Assembly: GCA_963848295.1 (NCBI GenBank)
Contig: CAWKDB010000002.1
Location: 416,001-480,000, forward strand
DNA: 64,000 nucleotides
Reading direction: 5' to 3'
Source: an uncultured delta proteobacterium
GTDB lineage: Bacteria > Myxococcota_A > Polyangia > Haliangiales > Haliangiaceae
The number at the start of each line of letters is the position of its first letter. Position 1 is the stretch's first letter. The translations under genes were made by a program, and so were the position numbers. Positions 48,039 through 64,000 of this stretch are shown here, piece after piece. Below the pieces are notes generated by a model, which saw nothing but the letters and a program-made list of their open reading frames with translations, was not told where the DNA came from and searched no databases.

Positions 48039-50528
48039 ATGCGCTCCTGGCTCTTGGCGACCTCGCTCGTCGTCGCGACCGCGCGGTCGGTGGCCGCGGC
48101 CCCGCTCGCGCAGCTGTCGGCCGATGTCGACGGCGATGGCGCGCTCGACCAGGTCGCGCTCGGCGACGACGGCGTGTTGACGGTGCACCCCGGTCATGGC
48201 GCGACCGTCTCGGTGGCCCTCGGGGCAGACATCACCGCCGCGACCCTCGCGGTCGCCCAGGTCGCGAACAGGCCGCTGATCGTCGCGCAGCTCACGAAGC
48301 CTTCCGGAGATGAGGCGGTGATCGCCTCGGCGACCGCGCGTGGCCTCGCGATCGCCTGGCGCGGTCCGGTCGGCGGCGTCGGGCTCGATGCCGAGTACGC
48401 GGTCGAGGTTCAGGCGCGCACGACCGGCATCGTCAAGTTCGAGCAGCGCTACGGCTGGGAGCGCTGCGACGGCAAGCCGGCCGACTTGTTCGCCGAGTGG
48501 TTCGATGGCACCGCTTTTCGCCAGCGCGCGCCGACGTCTATAGATGTCGCGGACACCGCGCCGAAGCTCGCGGCGCGAGTGGACGGATCGGCGAGCGCGG
48601 CGCCGGTCGTGTATCAGGCGCGCGCCGCGTCTCGCGAGCCAGGCGCGAGCAACGCCGGCGATCTCGGGCTACCGTCCGAGCTCGACGACGGCAAGCTCGA
48701 CACCGGCTGGCGCACTTCGGGCGCGCTCGAAGGCGAGTTCTTCACGTTCGTGCCGCGGATCGCGAGTGCGCGCGCGCGCGAGCTTCGCATCGTGCCGCAC
48801 AGCCCGCGCGATCGCCTGCACGAGCTCGCGATCGTCAGCAAGTCCGGTGCGTGGCGAGTCGAGCTGCCCGACGCCGCGCGCGAGCCCGCCGGCACCGCAT
48901 TCGTCGTGACGTTGCCCGAGCCGGTCGCCGGCTGCGTGTCGGTCGTGCTCGACTCGGCCTTCCCCGGGGCGCACGAGCCGCTCGGTCTCGCCGAGCTCGA
49001 GGTGTTCGCTGACGGCGAACGCGGTGGCGGCGGGGGCGACGCCATGCTCGCGGCGGCGGTCGCCGCAGGTGGCGATGGCGCACTCGAGGCGGCCGCGACG
49101 CTCGCGCGTCATGGCGCAGTCGGCGCGAGCGCGGTCGAAGCCGAGCTGGCGAAGACGACCGATCGCGGGGCGCGGGGTCGGCTCGGTCACGTGCTCGTGG
49201 CCGACAAAGATCCGGCCGCTGCCGCGGCGCTCGTCGAGGTCGTGACCGAGGGCGTGCTCGCGGGTGGCGATCTGCTCGAGGCGATCGCGGCGCTCGGCGC
49301 TGATGGCAAGACCGAGCCGCTCGCGGCGCTCGTCGCGAGACGCGAGCTCGCGATCGACGTGCGCGTCGCGGCGGTCACTGCGCTCACCCGTTCGCCTGCG
49401 GAGCTCGTCGCGCTCGCCGGCAGTGGGCCGCGCGCGCTGCGCCGCGCCGAGATCAGCGCGCTCGCGCATGCGCCGATCGAAACCCTCGTCGCCGCTGCAC
49501 GCGCCGACTCCCGGCCGAGCGGCGCCGGCGACTTGTGGCGCGCGGTCACGGAGCGAGCGCATGCAGCGCCGGCCGACCGCCCGGTTGCACTCGCCGCGAT
49601 GCTCGGCGAGCTCCCTGCGAGCACGGACTACGAGCGGCGGGCTCGGCTCGTCGATGGCATCGCGACGCTCGGCGACGCTCAAGCGCTCGTGGCGCTCGGC
49701 AAGGTGCTCGCCGAACCGCGCCGCGATTCCGAAGCCGCGGCGTTCAAGCGCATCGCCGCCCGCGCGATCGCGAACGCTCCGCGGCCCGAAGCCTTCGACC
49801 TCGTCGTCTCCCTCGCGGGCGACGGTGATCCGGGCGTGCGGCTCGCCGCGCTCGCGGCCATCGCGTCGGCCGACGGTGGCGCCGCCGGACCCTGGCACGC
49901 CGCGGGCGGCGACGATGCGGTCGACCGCCTGCTCGAGACCGCGCTCGCGAAGGATACGTGGCCCGAGGTCCGCCGGCGCGCGGCGCTGTCGCTCGGCGCA
50001 CGGTGCACCCGCACCGGCCCGGCGCAAGCGCTCACCGCCGCACTCGGTCGCGATCCGGAGGCCGCGGTGCGCGTCGATGCGCTGGTCGCGCTCGTCGATT
50101 GCGACGCGCCCGACATCGCCGGCGTGCTCGCGCGATTGTGGGACGACGCGAAGGCGCCGATCGAGCTACGCCGGCGCGCGATCGAGCTCGCGGTGACGCT
50201 GGGCGATCACCGGCTCGGCGCCGACTTGGTCGTCGCGTTCGAACGCTGGCGCCGGGAGTCGCTCGACAGCACCGCTGCGCTCGCGCTCGCCCAGAGTGCG
50301 GCCTACGCGATCGGCGAGCTGCAGCCGGACGGCGCGGCCGCTTCGCTCGCGGGCGCACTCGATGAGATCGCGTTCCCGGAGATCGTGTCGGCGGCGGCGA
50401 ACGCGCTCGGCCGCATGGGCACCGCCTGCCCCGCCGCCGCGAAAGCGAAGCTCGCGGACCTAGCGCACAGCGAAGAGCCGCAGATCTCGACCGCCGCGAA
50501 GCGCGCCGCTGCGCACTGTGGCAAGTAA
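48039..50528 (+). CDS. Secreted protein with DxDGDG loop, beta-sandwich region and C-terminal HEAT repeats
   Basis: Signal peptide, ADVDGDGALD, LDDGKLDTGW (discoidin-like), HEAT-like DPGVRLAAL, DTWPEVRRRAA, DPEAAVRVDAL. Confidence 0.78.
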   Translation: MRSWLLATSLVVATARSVAAAPLAQLSADVDGDGALDQVALGDDGVLTVHPGHGATVSVALGADITAATLAVAQVANRPLIVAQLTKPSGDEAVIASATARGLAIAWRGPVGGVGLDAEYAVEVQARTTGIVKFEQRYGWERCDGKPADLFAEWFDGTAFRQRAPTSIDVADTAPKLAARVDGSASAAPVVYQARAASREPGASNAGDLGLPSELDDGKLDTGWRTSGALEGEFFTFVPRIASARARELRIVPHSPRDRLHELAIVSKSGAWRVELPDAAREPAGTAFVVTLPEPVAGCVSVVLDSAFPGAHEPLGLAELEVFADGERGGGGGDAMLAAAVAAGGDGALEAAATLARHGAVGASAVEAELAKTTDRGARGRLGHVLVADKDPAAAAALVEVVTEGVLAGGDLLEAIAALGADGKTEPLAALVARRELAIDVRVAAVTALTRSPAELVALAGSGPRALRRAEISALAHAPIETLVAAARADSRPSGAGDLWRAVTERAHAAPADRPVALAAMLGELPASTDYERRARLVDGIATLGDAQALVALGKVLAEPRRDSEAAAFKRIAARAIANAPRPEAFDLVVSLAGDGDPGVRLAALAAIASADGGAAGPWHAAGGDDAVDRLLETALAKDTWPEVRRRAALSLGARCTRTGPAQALTAALGRDPEAAVRVDALVALVDCDAPDIAGVLARLWDDAKAPIELRRRAIELAVTLGDHRLGADLVVAFERWRRESLDSTAALALAQSAAYAIGELQPDGAAASLAGALDEIAFPEIVSAAANALGRMGTACPAAAKAKLADLAHSEEPQISTAAKRAAAHCGK

Positions 50529-50529
50529 C

Positions 50530-61866
<11,337 letters not shown>

Positions 61867-62041
61867 CGATCCCTATCGGCCGATGCTACTTGCGCGGGCC
61901 CTCGATCTCAACGGTCGGGGGCACTTACGTCCGGCGCGGGCGCGGTGGTCAGCGACTTGTCACGATCAGGCGGTTGGGGGGCTAGCGGCGCCGGTATACG
62001 TATTAGGTGCCGGCTGGAAGCTCACCGCGGGAGTGCCAAAC

Positions 62042-64000
62042 ATGAGTGGGGTCGAAAAAACGCATCGCCCGGAGCGCGAGTTGGCGGAACGAGATCCGGC
62101 GACCCCGGTCGCGCGAGCCAAGCCCACGCCGACCGCGAGCGCGGACGACACGAGCGGGCAACAAGCGCGGCTATGGCGCGAGCTCGGCGCGTCGCGGGCG
62201 CCTCGCGATCAAGAGGATGCAGCGAACCTCGCGGTCGAGCACCGCGGGAGCGGCCGAGGAGTCGATCCCGGGATCGCCGGCAAGGTCGGCGCGCACATGG
62301 GCGCGAACCTCGATGGCGTACGCGTGCACAGCGATCCGCTGTCGCAGCAGTCGACCCGGGCGATGGGAGCCCGCGCGTTCGCTTATGGCAACGACGTGTT
62401 CCTAGGTCCCGGCGAATCGCCGGCCGACACCGGGTTGATGGCCCACGAGCTCGCGCACGTCGCCCAGCAGCGCGGTGGCGCAGCGACGCCGCAGATGAAG
62501 ATCTCGATCGGCGGCGTCCTCGATGCCGCGGAGGCCGAGGCCGATGCGATCGCCGCGAAGGTCGTCGGCGGCACGCAGGCCGTCGTCGACGTACTGTCCG
62601 ATGGCGGCGCGCTCAACCCCGGCCAGCTGGTCAAGCAGGCGTTCCTCGCGCAGCTAAAGCCGCTCGTCGTCGCCGCTGCGGATCAAGAGCTTGGCAAGGC
62701 GGGCGCCGCGGAGGGCTGCCCGTACATCGAGACCTACTTCGCGAAATACAGCGCGATGCCGGCGGCGCAGACCCTTGCCCTGCTCCGCAAGTGGATCCCT
62801 TCCGCGGCTTCGGTCACGTCGGCGACCGACCTCGTCCCGATGGTGGTCGCGCGCGTTCGCTCCGGGATCAAGACGTGGAAGGAGACCGGCGCGCTGCCGC
62901 CGGAGCTCGCCGCGGCCGATCCCGGCATCGCCGCCGCAGCGCGGGCGTCATCTACGCCGGGCGCACCGACGGCGCAGCGCAAGTCCCTCGATGCGCTCGA
63001 ATCGGATCTCGGCGCCGGCGAGGCCGTCGACAGCAAGCTCGCCGGGCCCCTCGGCGCGCAGGGCGCCCGCATCCATCGCGGGCCGGTCGCGGCGCAGCAC
63101 GCCAGAGCCGAGAACGCGGTCGCGTTCGCGGTCGGCCAGAACGTCGTCATGGGCGCGGGCGCGCCGCAGCAGGGAACGCCCGCCGGTGACGCGTTGCTCG
63201 CCCACGAGCTCGCGCATACGGCGCAGCAAAAAGACGCAGCCGGCGATGCGACTGCTCGCATGAAGCCAATCGGCGCCGAGGATCACGGCGCCGAGCGCGA
63301 TGCCGACCGCGCCGCGAGCGGAGCGATCTCGGGCCAGCGCGTCGCCACGCTCGGCAACTTCGCAGGCGCGATCGGCGACGTCATGCGGACCGGGCTCCAG
63401 CTCCAGCGCTGCGCGAGCGACACGAGCGTCGATCGATTCGCGTACTACAAGAAGTACGAGATCGACATCGCCAACGATGCGGCGTCGACGATCCGCCAGA
63501 TGCCGTTCGGCACGACCGACAGCACGATCGCTTGGTCGGGCGGCGGCCAAAAAGCGTTCGCCGGTCACCTCGCCGATCAAGTCGCGGCGCCGTCGACCGC
63601 AGCTTCACTCGAAGCGCTGGTCAGGCCCGAGCGGATGAGCTCGCTGATCGACTCGTCGCGGTTGCTGAACGAAGCAGGCTCCGCGAAGGGGCCCGATCAA
63701 TACTTCCACGCGGTCGGCGTCGAGGTCGCGAACGCCCTGGCCCGCCGAACCGCGGAGTCTTTAGGGCGCGAGCTGCCGCGCTACGCGCAGGCGAAGCTGG
63801 CCGGCGGCGGCGAGCCGAAGGCCGACTCGATCGCGGTGTCGCACCCGATCGATCCGCTCGTCGTCAGCGCCCTCACGATGGCGCCGATCGTCACGATCGA
63901 CGGCGCTGGATTCCGGAGCGCTCACCCCGAGCTTGCGGGCGCGCCGCGCCACATCGATCAGACGCGCAACGTCGTCACCGAAAAGGTCGGAGAGACTGGC
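62042..64000 (+). CDS. Protein with two tandem DUF4157 (eCIS core) domains; 3' end outside window
   Basis: Not in the ORF track. Open from ATG 62042 to the window end: GANLDGVRVHSD...ARAFAYGNDVF...LMAHELAHVAQQ...EAEAD, then ARIHRG...AVAFAVGQNVV...LLAHELAHTAQQ...ERDAD, then LQLQRC. Confidence 0.9.
   Translation, partial: MSGVEKTHRPERELAERDPATPVARAKPTPTASADDTSGQQARLWRELGASRAPRDQEDAANLAVEHRGSGRGVDPGIAGKVGAHMGANLDGVRVHSDPLSQQSTRAMGARAFAYGNDVFLGPGESPADTGLMAHELAHVAQQRGGAATPQMKISIGGVLDAAEAEADAIAAKVVGGTQAVVDVLSDGGALNPGQLVKQAFLAQLKPLVVAAADQELGKAGAAEGCPYIETYFAKYSAMPAAQTLALLRKWIPSAASVTSATDLVPMVVARVRSGIKTWKETGALPPELAAADPGIAAAARASSTPGAPTAQRKSLDALESDLGAGEAVDSKLAGPLGAQGARIHRGPVAAQHARAENAVAFAVGQNVVMGAGAPQQGTPAGDALLAHELAHTAQQKDAAGDATARMKPIGAEDHGAERDADRAASGAISGQRVATLGNFAGAIGDVMRTGLQLQRCASDTSVDRFAYYKKYEIDIANDAASTIRQMPFGTTDSTIAWSGGGQKAFAGHLADQVAAPSTAASLEALVRPERMSSLIDSSRLLNEAGSAKGPDQYFHAVGVEVANALARRTAESLGRELPRYAQAKLAGGGEPKADSIAVSHPIDPLVVSALTMAPIVTIDGAGFRSAHPELAGAPRHIDQTRNVVTEKVGETG

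Noticed and set aside
61945..63638. Listed plus-strand ORFs 61945-63189, 62691-63263 and 63300-63638
   Set aside because: Arg-rich off-frame shadows. The real gene is the frame starting at 62042.

Overview
GC-rich (roughly 70%) bacterial chromosomal segment. Gene content (giant TPR protein, FHA protein, DUF4157 protein, GSGSA-rich linkers) suggests Myxococcota, possibly Kofleriaceae/Haliangiales; this is inference, not a database result. Most of the window is housekeeping genes on the minus strand: lolC/E-lysS, prfB (with its programmed +1 frameshift)-purF, dut-purB-purC-purL, panE, the rimP-nusA-ylxR-infB-DUF503-rbfA-nrnA-truB-rpsO-pnp superoperon with several inserted genes, and queA-tgt-yajC-secD-secF-vanW-methyltransferase-recJ. 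Unusual elements: (i) a 5'-truncated group II intron whose predicted 3' end overlaps the panE start codon, joined back-to-back to a truncated four-helix-bundle (Avd-like) gene and a hexamer repeat tract; (ii) a non-coding array of about 17 hairpin-forming 37-bp repeats; (iii) a pair of 29-bp direct repeats plus a 24-bp operator-like palindrome; (iv) an 11.3-kb TPR gene broken by many single-base frameshifts, probably sequencing error; (v) a gene with two tandem DUF4157 (eCIS-core) domains that runs off the right end and is absent from the ORF track; (vi) a Tudor-like-domain gene coupled to infB, and a probable CTG start for ylxR. No rRNA, tRNA, cas genes or true CRISPR array were seen. All functional calls come from motifs recognised by eye, without searches.
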